Source of the DNA: Schmidtea nova
Taxonomy: Eukaryota
DNA: 64,000 bases
NCBI GenBank assembly: GCA_044892505.1
Contig: CM097884.1
Span: forward strand, 35,278,001-35,342,000
Direction of reading: 5' to 3'
Made by a program: the position numbers and the translations under genes. The stretch's first letter is position 1, and the number at the start of each line of letters is the position of its first letter. The notes below the pieces were generated by a model. That model did not search any database. It saw nothing but the letters and a program-made list of their open reading frames with translations, and had not been told where the DNA came from. This document shows, in pieces, positions 48,785 to 61,999 of the stretch.

Positions 48785-49377
48785 CTGAAAGAAATAATTA
48801 TAAAAAATTTAAATTATTCATTTATTTACAAATAATAAAGTTAAGGTTGATGTAATATTTGATACAAATTCAGACTAGTCTCAGGCTTATTTGGCCTTCA
48901 TCAATACCATGTAAGAAAATCGATTGCACATATGATTAAATCAATGACATGCAATTAGACTGATATTTTGACAAAATCACTACCATATCACATTGAATAT
49001 CAGTGATGTACCACTGAAATTATAAATATTTTATTAATTATTTTTTATTTATGCATTTTTACCAGTTAGAAATTGATCACTTTTAAAAAGAACATTTAAC
49101 ATTTAAACCTAGAGTTTAAATGGTTCTAAAATAATTAATAAAAGCGAATAGTGAATTAAATATATAGTGAATTAAAAATTATTTATGAAACCACTTGCAA
49201 TCGAAGAAAGTTTATGTGTAATTTAAGAATATAAATTGAATTTTTGATATTTTTTAAAAAAGCCCCCCCCCCCTTTTTTTTTCGGAAGAAGAAAGTGAAG
49301 AAATATTTTTTTTTCAAAAAAAGACATATTATTTTAGCTTTATTCAAGAGTAAAAGTAATAACTAAGCAACTTTTTA

Positions 49378-49780
49378 TTAAGAAATAAAATACAGAACAG
49401 TTAGTAATCTGTACAAAATATAGAAGAAATGTTTAAAAAATATTTTTTCTATGAACTTCAGTTTCAAAAATTCAATTTTTCTCGATTTTGAATGAAGTTC
49501 CTCCATCAGTTTTACAGCACGTTCAGCAATTTGGTTATATCTGGGAATGCCAATTGATGACTCTTCGACTGACCTATGCTTCTTTAAACACTTAATTACC
49601 TTCTTGCATTTTATATTGTTGAGTGAGGTAAACAGTTCATTGAAGGATGCTTCATTGTAGTGTTGCGAATGGAACCAAGCATTTGCCCATTCGTAGCAGA
49701 TGAAGTCGCATGCTGGAGCGAGGATGCTGCGCCACTCTGGTATCAGAAATAATGCTATAACAGCATATATTGCACGTGAG
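49378..49780 (-). pseudogene. hAT-like transposase C-terminal fragment
   Basis: PRYNQIAERAVKLMEE resembles the N..AER.VKL motif of hAT-related transposases. Confidence 0.4.
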
Positions 49781-49876
49781 TTTACTGTATATCTACTAAA
49801 CTGATCAATTATGACAACAATATATTTCATTTTCCTAAACGTTTCTTGCAAAGGCCCCCCCACACATATATATACA

Positions 49877-52255
49877 CAGTTGAACTTCCCTAAGTCGAAT
49901 AACCATAGTTCACTGAAAAAAATTCGAGTTATAGAAAATTCGAGTTATAGAAATAATAACTCCAAAATGTGTATAGTACACGTTAAACAATCTACTGACA
50001 GTAAATATGTACATATTATGAGTATCTATAAACAAAAAAATAACATTACATTATTATTTATTGTTTTATAAAACATTATATTTTTAAAAAGTCAGTAATT
50101 TTTGTTTGCCTTCCATTAAACAATTCTTTATTCACAAAGTTCTCTAAAGTTGATAACGCGCGATACACCTCGTCTGTAAGATTCGTTTTTGAACACAAAT
50201 ATTCACTACACTTACTTAAAAAATAACTCATTTCTTTGTTTGTAGGTGAAATCGGCACTGTAAAGGTATTTTGGATGCTAGAAAAGACATTTTCATTTTC
50301 ATTTTCATTTTCATTGTCATCTTCATCTTCATCTTCCTCTTCGTGATTTTTAGTCATGTTTAAAATATCGGAATCTGTTGGATAGTCCACTATAACTCCG
50401 TCTTCATCTACAGACAAAAAATCACCAAGAGACACTGTATTGCCGACATTTTGTTGATTATAAATGTCAAACACGGATCTCAATTCTGACAGAGGCATAT
50501 CATCTTCTTCACTACAATTTCTTTCGCCGTGTTATTTGAAGCCAGCCTTTGTGAAACAATTTTTTATGGTTGCTTGCTGTACATCGGTGTTCCACGCTTT
50601 CGACAAGTTTGTAATAGCATCTCATAAAGTAATATTTCCCGTCTGATTGTCTTCTTCTAAGGCAATTAAAGTTTTTCTCAGAATTCTTGTTCTATAGTGC
50701 AATTTCATATTGTTGATAATTCCTTGGTCCATAGAATTTTGGTGGGAGAAAAACTACACGAATCGAATTAAGCTGCTTCGTAATTTTTGAATGTGACGGA
50801 CAGTTATCCACAAACAGCAAGATTTTACGTTTTTCGGCATTAAATTTCTTGTCTAAACTAGAAAGCAATTCTTCATAAACTGCGCTTGTCATCCAAGCTT
50901 TTTTGTTGCTTCTGTATATCACTGGTAAAAAAACGTTTTCCTTTGAAGCAACGCGGATTTTGAGGTTTTCCAATGACCAACAGTTTTAGTTTTTCGGTAC
51001 CACACATATTGGCTCCCACCATGACGGTGATTCTTTCTTTGATGTGCTTTCCGCCGAAGCACTTGTTATCTTTAAAGGTTAACGTTTGATCAGGCAAATA
51101 TTTAAAAAATAAGCCCGTCTCGTCCGCGTTAAAAATGTCTTTTTCATGATAAGATGCTATAATTTCCGGTAAAATATTGTTGCGCCATTCTTCACAATTA
51201 TGTTCATTAACATCTGCACTTTCACCACACACAACCTTTTGAATAATATTATGCCTCTTCTTAAACTTATCTAACCAACCTACACTGGTGACGAAATTGG
51301 TGTGTCTCAGACTCGCAGCAAAATAAAGTGCCTTTTCCCTAATAAGTAGGCCAGACATTAGTACATTCTTATCCCGAGCAATTTTAAACCATTCCAAAGT
51401 AACTTTGTCAATGTCTTCGTAGGTACAGTTTTTGGAACGTTTGCGATCAGTAGAAACACCATTTTCGACCTTCTTCATAATTTCTTCGCTGTTTTTTATA
51501 ATTGAAGAAAGTGTATTTGGAGGAATCCCAAAGTCTTCAGCAATCACTTTTTTCTTTTTAATACCTTTATCAACTTCACTTATCAACCTCACTTTGTCAG
51601 ATAACGACATCGTATTTAGTTTTCTTTTTTGGCCACTCATATTTGCAATTACGGCAGAAGAAAGAATGTGTTTAAACTTAAAAATTTGATTGATTTATAA
51701 CTCTTTTACTATAAAAAATTAATATCTATATAAATCTCCCAGAAACTATTATATTCAGCAATTATATTCATACAATAGCATATTAAAAAAACGAATGGAT
51801 TTAATTTTGTAAATTCTTTATCTAATAACCAGTTCATCTATTATTTCTTTATTTGTATGCAGAAACAAAATTTCTGTGAAATTATATTATTTTTAATGCG
51901 ATTACCTATTATACTTACAGCTACATATTTGTTAATAGCTCTCGTTATTACAGCCAATAAATACTTTACAATTGGTTTATGTCAACAATATTTGGAGAGA
52001 TTCCTAACAATAAAAAGAAATATACATTTTGGGAAGTACGCGGTAAAAAAAATTCGAGATATAGCGATTATTTTATATGTAAACTTTGACCAAATTGACA
52101 AATCTTTACTTCGAGTTATGGGAATATTCGAGCTATGGAAATTCAAGTTATGGAGCCTAATTCATATGGAAAATGCTATCTAAACGTATGAATATCTAAA
52201 GAAATTCGAGTTATATTAATATTCGAGATATAGAAGTTCAAGTTATGGAAGTTCA
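49877..52255 (-). mobile_element. pogo/Tigger DNA transposon with a frameshifted transposase (50076-51640)
   Basis: CENP-B-like HTH domains, FNADETGLF, KERITV, LLFVDNCPSH and MDQGII. TIRs CAGTTGAACTTCCCTAAGTCGAA and TGAACTTCCATAACTTGAA, the right tip replaced by (TA)n. Frameshifts at about 50960 and 50735. Confidence 0.92.
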
Positions 52256-52517
52256 TATATATATATATATAATTTCGAAAAAAAATATTTCGTTTAAAAT
52301 TACATAAAATCATTATTTAAAATTATTATTATTTATGTATATATGATTTTTTTACTTTAAAAGGTGTAATTCATTAGCATGAATTGAGGTAAGACAATTC
52401 ACAGAATAAATTCTAATTACATATATAAAACTTTTATTAATTGATTATAAAAATGAAGCATGAACATTTTGCTTGATATTCGCTGTAAAAATCTGTTGGT
52501 TTCTTTATAATTGAATA

Positions 52518-55073
52518 CAGCACTGCGCAGTTTTTAATATACAGTTGTGATCGAAAAAATATAATTACATCCAGTTAAAAGATGCTTTAAACCGAATTCC
52601 CATACTAAAATAATTATTTATAAGGAAAAAATAAATTTAGTTTTTTATGATAAAATTCTTTAAACATTTTATAAAGATATAGCTATAAAAAATTACAAAT
52701 AGCCTTTAATCGATAATGTAAGTCACCGTAGATCTTCTGGATCTACTTTCATAGTACTTATTTTTAAACTCAATGTACGACTTTCTAATTTCAATTTCTT
52801 AAAAATGCAACAAATTATCTAGTTTTTTGAATGATAATTTACAGATTCAATCGTAGATGCTTCCGATATATCGCAAATGATTTCATCGAGACAAAATAAG
52901 GATTCATCATAAATAGGATCATCTTTCACCACACAGTCTGGATCAATAAATATATCAAACAAAACTTCATTTTCATCTTTTTCTAAATCTGCATTCTGAA
53001 GCTTCTCTTTCATTTTTTCAAACTTTTCCCAACAATTCAAATATGTCCCGGGAAGAACTTTATTGATAGACTCTCTTATCCAGTAACATACTTCTAGCAA
53101 TGGCAAAGTACTAAAACAAGATTTTATTTTCGCACTATTATCAATTATCATATTTGTAACAAAGTTATTGACATATTCAGAATACTTAGACTTGATATCG
53201 TTAATTATACCTAGATCTAGAGGTTTAAGATCGATGTAGTATTAGGTGGCAAAAATAACAGTTTCACGTTCGAAAATACACCAACCTCGTGACCGTTAAA
53301 ATTATCGCATAATATTAGGATTTTTCTATCCTGTTTAATCATTTCGTCATTTAGATCGTTTATATATTTCAAAAAAATATCTTTGGTAAGCCACGAATAT
53401 GTGTTGTTAGCATATTTGAGGTTGTAATTATCTGGTTTCTCGTTTTTAAAAGCCCTGGGGTTTTTGCTTTTTCCTATGATTAATGGCGTAATCTCATCAC
53501 CGTATTTATTAAAACACAATAAAAGAGTAATTCTTGTTTTATCAGTTTTTATACTTTTTCTATCATCTTCATCCCTCAGAATGTAACTTCTTCTACCAAA
53601 ATTCTTGATATATAGACCAGTCTCATCTAAATTGTAAATATCTTTTTCATCATAATATTTCTTTATAGCTTCAAATTCATCAAAAAAGTCAAGAATCTTG
53701 TCTGTCATAGCAGATTTTGCCTCTCCGCAAAGGGATTTAAATGCCACATTATATCGCTTTTTAAAACCTCTTATAAAGTATGGTGTGATGTTCACACGGC
53801 AAGATGGTGTTATTGATTTATATCTTTTGCCAATGATATTAAGTTCTCCATTAAAACATTGCCGCCTGCATTTATATTGATCAATGTTCAATAGCTTGAT
53901 TTTTGCAGCTTTACATAAATTAAAAGTATCCATTGTTGGATCATCACTTTCCAAGTTTAAAAGCTTAGCCGAAGATTTGATTGCTGTTCTAATAACCTTT
54001 TGTGATACATTAAATTCTTTTTTGATGTCACAGAAAGCCTTTTTATCCTTTTTATATGCTTTGGCAATTTCTCTTTTTATTCTTTTGGTCAGGGCCGTAA
54101 CAAGGGTGGTGCGAGCGGCGCAGTCGCACAGGGCACACACCTGAAAGGGGCGCAAAATTGGGATGTAAAATCTTTTTAATGTTACCAAAAAATAAAAAAA
54201 TTATCAAATGGCATGCCCGTAAAAAACGACACCCTATCTAGCCTATTTTTAACATTACTGGTTCGACTGGTCCATTAGCGTGCCTTCGTAAGTGTGTATT
54301 TTGGAACGTTTGACAAGTTGATAAAGTGTGTCAATTAAAATTTATTTTGCAAATTCTTTGAACTATGATAACATTATTGACGATTTTGCATCATCAAAAG
54401 CTCGCAAAGTTTATATTAAATAGGTTTGAATAAGCTGGTTATAGAATATTGTTTATAAAATCTTACAACTCCATTACTATACCAGCTAGCTGATGATAAA
54501 AATATAAGTTTCATTTTGTAAAATTTTAGTCCACAAAATTGGTTCTTGTCATTTTTTCAATTAGCAACAAAATTTTAAGACCCTTACTACCTATTACAAT
54601 AGCTGGAGATGAATACATAGTTAACAATCTTAACATGAACATTATAATTATTATAGTAGACTGTTTTGAATTCGCGTGCTGGGGGCGCCAGATATGTGAA
54701 CAGCACAGGGCGCAATAATGCCTTGTTAGGGCTCGCTTTTGGTGTAAGTTTTTCCTTCTTTCTTATTTAAGTCCATAATGAAGATTGTCTTAATTTTTAA
54801 CAAAAATTGATTTTTATAGGTAAATATATACTCTATTAAATTTTAAGTAAAATAATGCCTTAAAGTTTTAACATGCCCTAAAATTTTATTATAAATCGCA
54901 GAATTGCTCGAAAATATTGCTTTTAAAAAATAAAAACTAAACGATATATAAAATTATTTTATTCTTTTTGACATCATACAAAATTTTAATAGTGAAATTC
55001 TTTTCTTACAAGATAAATGCCTTAAAAATTTAACATTTACAGTCTATTTATGTGCCCTAAATATCGCACACTA

Positions 55074-55076
<3 letters not shown>
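52518..55076 (-). mobile_element. Second pogo-like transposon, interrupted by a hAT element
   Basis: Transposase from ATG 54776 to 52819: YNLDETGL, DKTRITLLLC, LILCDNFNGH and FLPPNTTSIL[fs]PLDLGII. Termini TA|CAGTAGTGTGCGATATTTA (55076) and TA|CAGCACTGCGCAGTTTTTA (52518, 13/19). Confidence 0.88.
54090..54735. mobile_element. Non-autonomous hAT element, 646 bp
   Basis: Perfect 8-bp TSD CTTTTGGT (54082-54089 and 54736-54743). Imperfect TIRs CAGGGCCGTAACAAGG and CGAGCCCTAACAAGG. Confidence 0.9.
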
Positions 55077-55110
<34 letters not shown>

Positions 55111-55113
<3 letters not shown>

Positions 55114-56394
55114 TCTCAAATGGCTCATTTGCTGATAATTTTATCGTTTCCTCTTTTGTAGTTGATGTTACTACCATTACTCTTTGACACGGCTCACATT
55201 CTTAAATTATTTCTTTTACTATTTCTTTAATATTTTTCATATCGTAGTTGTTTCCCATATACAATGTCATTTATTCGACTCCTGCGTGAGAAAGTAAACT
55301 GTGAATTGTCTTTATCACCTCCTGGCGTTTATCTTCAGGGATCCATATTTTCCTTTTCTTTGTTTTCACTATACCGTTTCCCAGAATAAACTTCCATGAC
55401 ATATCTCGAAAAATCTCTTCTTTTATTTGTCTTATCTCTGTCCTAATTTCTTGCCATTCGATCTTTTCATTGTTATCTATCGCATTAATTCTTCTGGTCT
55501 TTAGCTTACTCTCCTTTAAGTCTTCATGTATTAATAAACATTGTGTGCACGTTCCACATGCCTTCCTTGATAATATATCTGCGTTAGTGTGTTTTGTCCT
55601 TTCTCTGTATTCTATTTTTATATCAAAACTACTGAGAAGGTTGATCCAAGTCTGGAATTGTGCTGAGATCGACTTCTTTGTCTTCAACATGAATGTGATC
55701 GCTTTATGATCTGTGAGTAATGTAAATTTTCTCCCGTACAGATAATGATTATAATTTTGGCAAAAAATAAAGAACCGCTAATAATTCCTTTTTCATTATG
55801 CAATATCCCTTTTTGTGGTTGTTCATTGCGTGCGATTCATACGCTATAATCCTTTCATTTCCCTCATCGTCTAACTGTGATAATACAGCGCCGATTGACC
55901 CAAAACTGGCGTCTGTATCTAAAATAAACTCTTTATTGACATCGGGGAAACCCAATACTGGTTTTGACGTCAACGCCTCTTTCATCTCGTAACGCTCTAT
56001 CGCAATTACCTGTCCATACTAGTTTCTTTTCTTTATTCTTCTAGTGATCTCGACTTTTCTGAGTAATCTTCAATAAATCTCCTGTAATAATTACATATCC
56101 CTAGGAAGTTTCTCAAACTCTTGATACATTTTTGTCTTTGTAATGATCGTATTGACTCTGTTTTCGCTGGGTCGGTCTGAATACCCTTTTCATTGATGAT
56201 GTGCCCCAGGAACTTAATCTCCTTTTTAAAATGTGGAATTTCTCCGGATTAATTTTCAAACCAGCTTTCCCTATTCTTTTTAATTCGTCCTCCAGAACTT
56301 GATAGTGTTCATTGATTGAATTTGTGAATATTAAGATGTCGTCTAAGTAAACTGCCGTTCTTAGAAACCAAAACAAATTCTGATCTATAGTCAT
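55111..56394 (-). mobile_element. Ty3/Gypsy pol remnant
   Basis: VYLDDILIF (RT), PVLGFPD..FILDTDASFGSIGAVLSQ and TDHKA (RNase H), HSLLSHAGVE..CEPCQ (integrase Zn domain). It is cut off at the (TA)n at 55077-55110. Confidence 0.9.
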
Positions 56395-57101
56395 ACAATT
56401 ATTAATATGAAAGTTATTGATTCAAAAAAGAGGCCAAAGATGAAACCATAAGATAATTATGATTGTAAAAAATAAATCAAGTAAAAATTATTAGAGTGCC
56501 ATAAAATGAGCAAATAAATTTTAAAAGTGAAATATTCAAATGTAAGTCAAGTAAAACTAAAAAATTAAAATTAAAAATAAAATTAAAAAGCATCAAAAAT
56601 TAATATTTTACAGGAAAAATTATGAGTTGGTTGCAAATAAAAAGTTAAAGAAGAATTATATAATAAAAAATTCATGTGATACCCAGGTAACGGTATGACA
56701 AAAAAGAAAAATTAATTAATTATCGAAAAATATTTGTTTAATCCCTAGTTTGTCAGCCACATTAACGGTTCACGAGACTGATGCTTAATTAAATAATTGT
56801 TCCTTTTCATATTCATTATGTGAACAGTGATTGATTCTGTGAATTTGTTATATAAAAAATAACTTTACTATTTGTTAGGTTTTGTGCTGTGCAACGAAAG
56901 GGACGCGAGGAGTCAGGAAAACAATATCCTACCAAAACATTTATTTATAAAACCCCAACAAAATTAATGAAAGTTTTAAAACAATGGAAAGCCAGTCAAA
57001 AATGCTATATATTATATTTATTTAAAAATTATATTTTTTTGTGATTTTAAAAATGTTAATTGAGAAATAGTTTAAATTATGAGAAATATTGAAAATTTAA
57101 A

Positions 57102-59500
57102 TGTTAAATAAAGAGGTAAAAATAGAAAAAAAAATTTAATAATAAACATATTAATTAAATGCAATTAAAATAATGAAAAATTATAAATACCCAGTATATT
57201 GTGTTGAATAAATAACTGAAATCTTTTTTGAGCAAATTTATATATTTGTCAATCTTCTTGAAATTTGTTTTAATAATATTTTGTTATCTATAAATCCTGA
57301 GTATAATTTAAATTTGATTTATAGGAGTTATAAAAAGAACAGTAACACTTATATGGCGACCACACAAACTTTGCCGAACAGCCAAAAATATATATGAAGT
57401 TGGTCAAGATATCCAAAAATTCATTGTGGAAATGGAACCTTTCTTTGAGATATTAAATATTGAACAGCGTTTGCAAAATAATTTTGTTATCGCCTTTTAT
57501 TCTAGAATAACTAAAAAAATGTATAACGAAAAAAAATACGAAGATAGATAAAGTTAAAAACTAATGAAAACATTCCATAAGCCCTCAAAATTTATTAAAA
57601 ATTGGGGGAAATTATCGAATTCCACAAGAGGGGTAGAAAAAGCCTTGAAAATTTGATAGAAAATATTCTAAAACAAAAAATAGATAAAAAACACTTATGA
57701 AATTACTTTTATTTCAAACATTGAACAAGGAAATGAAATACGATTTAAAAATCTAAGATACTAAGTATTTAGAAAAAATAAGAAACAAAATTCAAAAGTA
57801 CAAGAAAGAATAACTTGATGAAAATAACAAATTAACGACAGTTATACACAAGAAGTCATTTGCAGGACTGTTAAATTATAAAATAATCAAAACTAGGCAT
57901 TGAACAAAAATAATAAGTAAACGGACAACCAAGTTGTGAAAAGAAGTATAGAGTCAATCCAGCTCTAGTTTATTCAGATTGTGAAAAAAATTATATTAGA
58001 CACAGATGCAAGCTTTAATAAAATTTGATCAGTCTTTTTTCAAATACAAACAATGGCAAAGAAAAAGATATAATCTATGGTTTCATACAAGGGTAATCAC
58101 AAAATATTGTATTATATGAAAAGAATCTATTGCTATATATCTATTTTGTAAACCATTTCAAACATTATTTGGATGGCAAACGATTAATCTTATGAACGGA
58201 TCATAAAAGGATTAAGTTTATGATTAAAATCAAGAAACCGATGAGACCTCAATTTCAAACCTGGATGAATTATTTAAGTAGTTTAGATATTGACTTACAG
58301 TACAGAAAAGGTGAAACACATACGAATGCCGACACGATCTCATGAAGTGAATGTTCATCACGTGTTCATTGTTAAATGACACGCTCTCATCTAAAAATAG
58401 AGAAATTAAAAACAAAAGTATTGCCAATGATGATTGGTGACGAAGAAATATATGGCAAAAAGAGTCAGACGAAATAAAAAATACACTCAATGGAGAAACC
58501 AGTAAAATAGGACAAGTCCAATTTTTCACGGATAATGGAATAGTAAAATCTGAAAATAATAAGATATGGATATCAGAAATTAAATGACAAGAAATTTTCG
58601 AAAATTATCACACGAAGTTGTCATGCGGGATGTAGAAAATTGGAAAATTATGTATAAGTTAATTTTGCTATGAAATATATGAAAACTTTGATAAAATATA
58701 TTGTTCAAAGCTGTGAAAACTGTCTAAAAAGGAAAGTGTTTATAGAAAAAACAAAAAAGAAAACTAAAATCACCAAAGAATTTAGAAATATTTGAATCCA
58801 TTTTCGTAGATTTTTGAAGAGCAAGAATTAATAATAAAGGTAGAGGAATGAGTTTTGAAAGTACGCAGGAGAATTATATCAGAAATAAGAGTCACAAATT
58901 AATTTTTCAAGTCAATTTCATTATTAATGAACAATTTGAAGGGCAGTTTTGACAATATGAGATGCACTTTACATAATTTTAAAAGATAAATTGCATAAAA
59001 ATTGGGAAAAAATAATTATTGTAAATCAATTTATAAAACTCCAACTGAATTAGTGTTTAGGAAAAGGATTTTTCTGGAATTGATAGATGCAAATGCAAAA
59101 CAAATCGAAAAAAAATTAATAACAGCTTCAGAACGTTCAAGGTAAGGTACCTTGTGCTAGTAGAGAAAGATATTCGAAATAAAAATGGCGAAAAACATCT
59201 AGATCCAGCAGAAAAAAAGACATGAAAGGAGCTTCGAAGTATAATTGGAAAATGGAAGAATTTTAAGAACAAAATTTGAACAGCAAAAACTTTTATAAAA
59301 GAGAATAATGTGAGAGGTAAAAATAAAACAATATTTTAATATTTAAAAAATTAATTAAATGCAATTAAAAAAATGAAAAATAATTAAAATCCAATATATT
59401 CTGTTGAATGAATAACTGAAATCTTTTTCTGAAAAAATCAAATATTTTTGAATTAAACTATTGAAAAAAATAATAACTAAAAATATATTATAATTACCTT
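57102..59500 (+). mobile_element. Ty3/Gypsy element with both LTRs, internally deleted
   Basis: 5' LTR TGTTA...TAACA at 57102-57347, then PBS-like TGGCGACCAC at 57354. IILDTDASF and TDHK (RNase H) and integrase remnants follow. A purine tract precedes a homologous 3' LTR from 59309, recognisable to about 59450. Confidence 0.8.
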
Positions 59501-60731
59501 TGAATTAAATCTTAATCATAATTTTTTAAAATATTTTCATTTTATTATTTTTAAAAAGACTTCAGATCAACTAGATTTTTCAGCAAAGCTTTTTTAAATG
59601 TGTTTAAATAGGCACTTTAAAAAAGCTTTGTCAAAAGTTCATGTAACTTTAATTTTCTAAAAAAAATATTGGTCTATAATTTTAAAAAAAAATGAAAATT
59701 TCTAAAATAAAATCGAAAAGATCAATGGTGAAAATAAGAGATGTTAATGATATTCAATTTAAATATTTAACTTAACTTGAAATTAAAATTTTATTTTAAA
59801 ACTTATAAAAATAAATAATAAATAACGTATAAAATTTAAAGTTATCATTTCATTAAAAGCGTTAAAAATAAATTTTTAAAAATGAAATATAAAATGTCAT
59901 TGTACAAATTAACAAGAGAAATTATTGAAAAAAAATTACATTTTGACAAAAGTAATTGATTAAATAAAATAAAATATTTTTAGATTTTAAATTCCCATGG
60001 TTAATAAATAATTATTTTTATCAGTGAAGCTTTAATAAATTAAAAAAAAATTATTTTAAGTAATTATATGAATTTGATTTAAATTATGTTTCACTGAAAA
60101 TATCCTTTAGCTGCTCATATTAATTCTTGAAATTTGATTAATATTTGATGACTTCACTCATGCAATAGAAGAATTTCTTTAATTACTTAGATTCAAAAAT
60201 GTATTTTGATATAAATTAATTATTATATATGATTTTAAGATTGAATTAATAAAAAGTTTAAATTTTAATCTTTAAAATTTAAAGTTTAAAATTTAATCTT
60301 TTTAACCTTTGATCTTTGTTCAATTTCATTTATTTTCAATTTATTCAGAAAATAGAAAAAAAACTTTCCCTCTTATTCAACAAAGTTTTGGCACTGTCTG
60401 GTTTCTAAAACAGTACCAAGAATTTGTTTTGGATAAATGAAAAATATCTTTTTTGATTAATTGTCTGAAAAAGATAATAAAAAGGAATAAAAGAATACTG
60501 TTATACCATACGCAGATGTTGTTCAATTTTCTAATGTCCATAAATTTAAAAATATTACCGAAGTCTATAATTATGTTTATATATACTGGTTTAAGAATTA
60601 TCATTTTTCTAAACCAAACAAATCCTGGCGGAATAAAGCTTTTATAACTAAACCAAGTGAAAATTTAATATAAATTTTCTTGATAAAAAAATTTATGGTA
60701 TTAGTAAGATTGTCGTTAAAAATCTCTCGTT

Positions 60732-61027
60732 GATATTATTATTATGATTATAATTATTATTATTATTATAATTATTATTATTATTATCAATAATTCCCAT
60801 AATGATGACTATAGATCAAATTTTTTTATAAACAATAACACAATATTTCGGCATATTTTTGAAATAGTGTGTTATTGTTTATAAAAAAAATTTTGATCTA
60901 TAGTCATCATGGGAATTATTGATAATAATAATAAAAAAAGATCAAAGGTGAAAAAAGATAATTATGATAATAATAATTATAATAATAATAATAACAACAA
61001 TAACAATAATAATAATACTAATAATAA
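60732..61027. repeat. Long near-perfect hairpin (core 60775-60933) embedded in (TTA)n/(AAT)n
   Basis: Arms of about 75 bp (ATCAATAATTCCCAT..GATGACTATAGATCAAATTTTTTTATAAACAATAACAC..TATTTC and its mirror) around an 11-nt loop. Confidence 0.88.
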
Positions 61028-61274
61028 ATCAATTCGATACAAAACTTCATTTGGCCAATAGAAGCCTAAAAATGAAAACTAAAAGAATACACACAAACAC
61101 ACACTTGCACACCAAAATATAATAAAAAATAAAATTACACACACAAAAATAAATGCGCACATCCCACACACATCACAATTGATCAATAACTTGTTGGGAA
61201 TAGCAAATATCTGGCATTAAAAAGGCAAACCACACAAAAAATAAATCAGAATAGGCCAAAGTGTATTTTTACAC

Positions 61275-61660
61275 CATGTTTCACTTAGAAAAATCACCTA
61301 TATTGTAAATAAAATCAATAAATTATAGTATAAAATTGCACACTTACCAGTACGTTAATCATTGTTGTTTTACTCACTAAATGCATTTGTCGTAGAAAAA
61401 TAGATAGAACGAAATAAGCACACACAAACACAAAACATAGAAAAAACAGATGCAAACAATTTTTAAGATGCCTTAACCGTTTTAGTGGGTAAAAACACCA
61501 AATTATATTTTAATCCATGCAATTATTAAAATTAGAAATGACAGATGGGATTCTTTAAAGTGTTTCAAAACAATTTACTTTGAGTTTTCGGGAAAATAAT
61601 GAAATAACATAGTGAGTACCATATTTTAAGTTAAAAAAATTTATATTTTCAAAGAATTCC
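61275..61660 (+). repeat. Dispersed repeat, copy B
   Basis: Homologous to 44980-45350. Confidence 0.7.
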
Positions 61661-61852
61661 GGAAATTCTTCACTAAAACTATTACGTTTTGAAATAACGA
61701 AAAAGTAATAAAGAATGAATTATTTTTAATTATAAAATTATTTACTATGTTCCTAGCCTTTCAGATATTTAATGTACGCCTACCGATTACACAACATTTG
61801 AAACCCGAAAAAAATGTTCAAAAATCGTAAGTTGCAATAATATATATATATA

Positions 61853-61999
61853 CATAGTGAATATGGGTAATCCGGACACTTTTATTTGAAAATTATTTGA
61901 GAAAATTTGAGATTTAATTGAGATAATGATTTGAGAAAAGGCTAGAATAAAGAGCAGATAAAAAAAATAAAAGTGTCCGGATTACCCATATTCACTATG
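61853..61999. mobile_element. 147-bp MITE with perfect 35-bp TIRs (Tc1/mariner-pogo type)
   Basis: CATAGTGAATATGGGTAATCCGGACACTTTTATTT at both ends. The left flank is TA after (TA)n and the right flank is TT. Confidence 0.92.

Noticed and set aside
53217-54188. 323-aa ORF as listed in the ORF track
   Set aside because: Its first 33 codons come from the inserted hAT element. The true start is at 54776.
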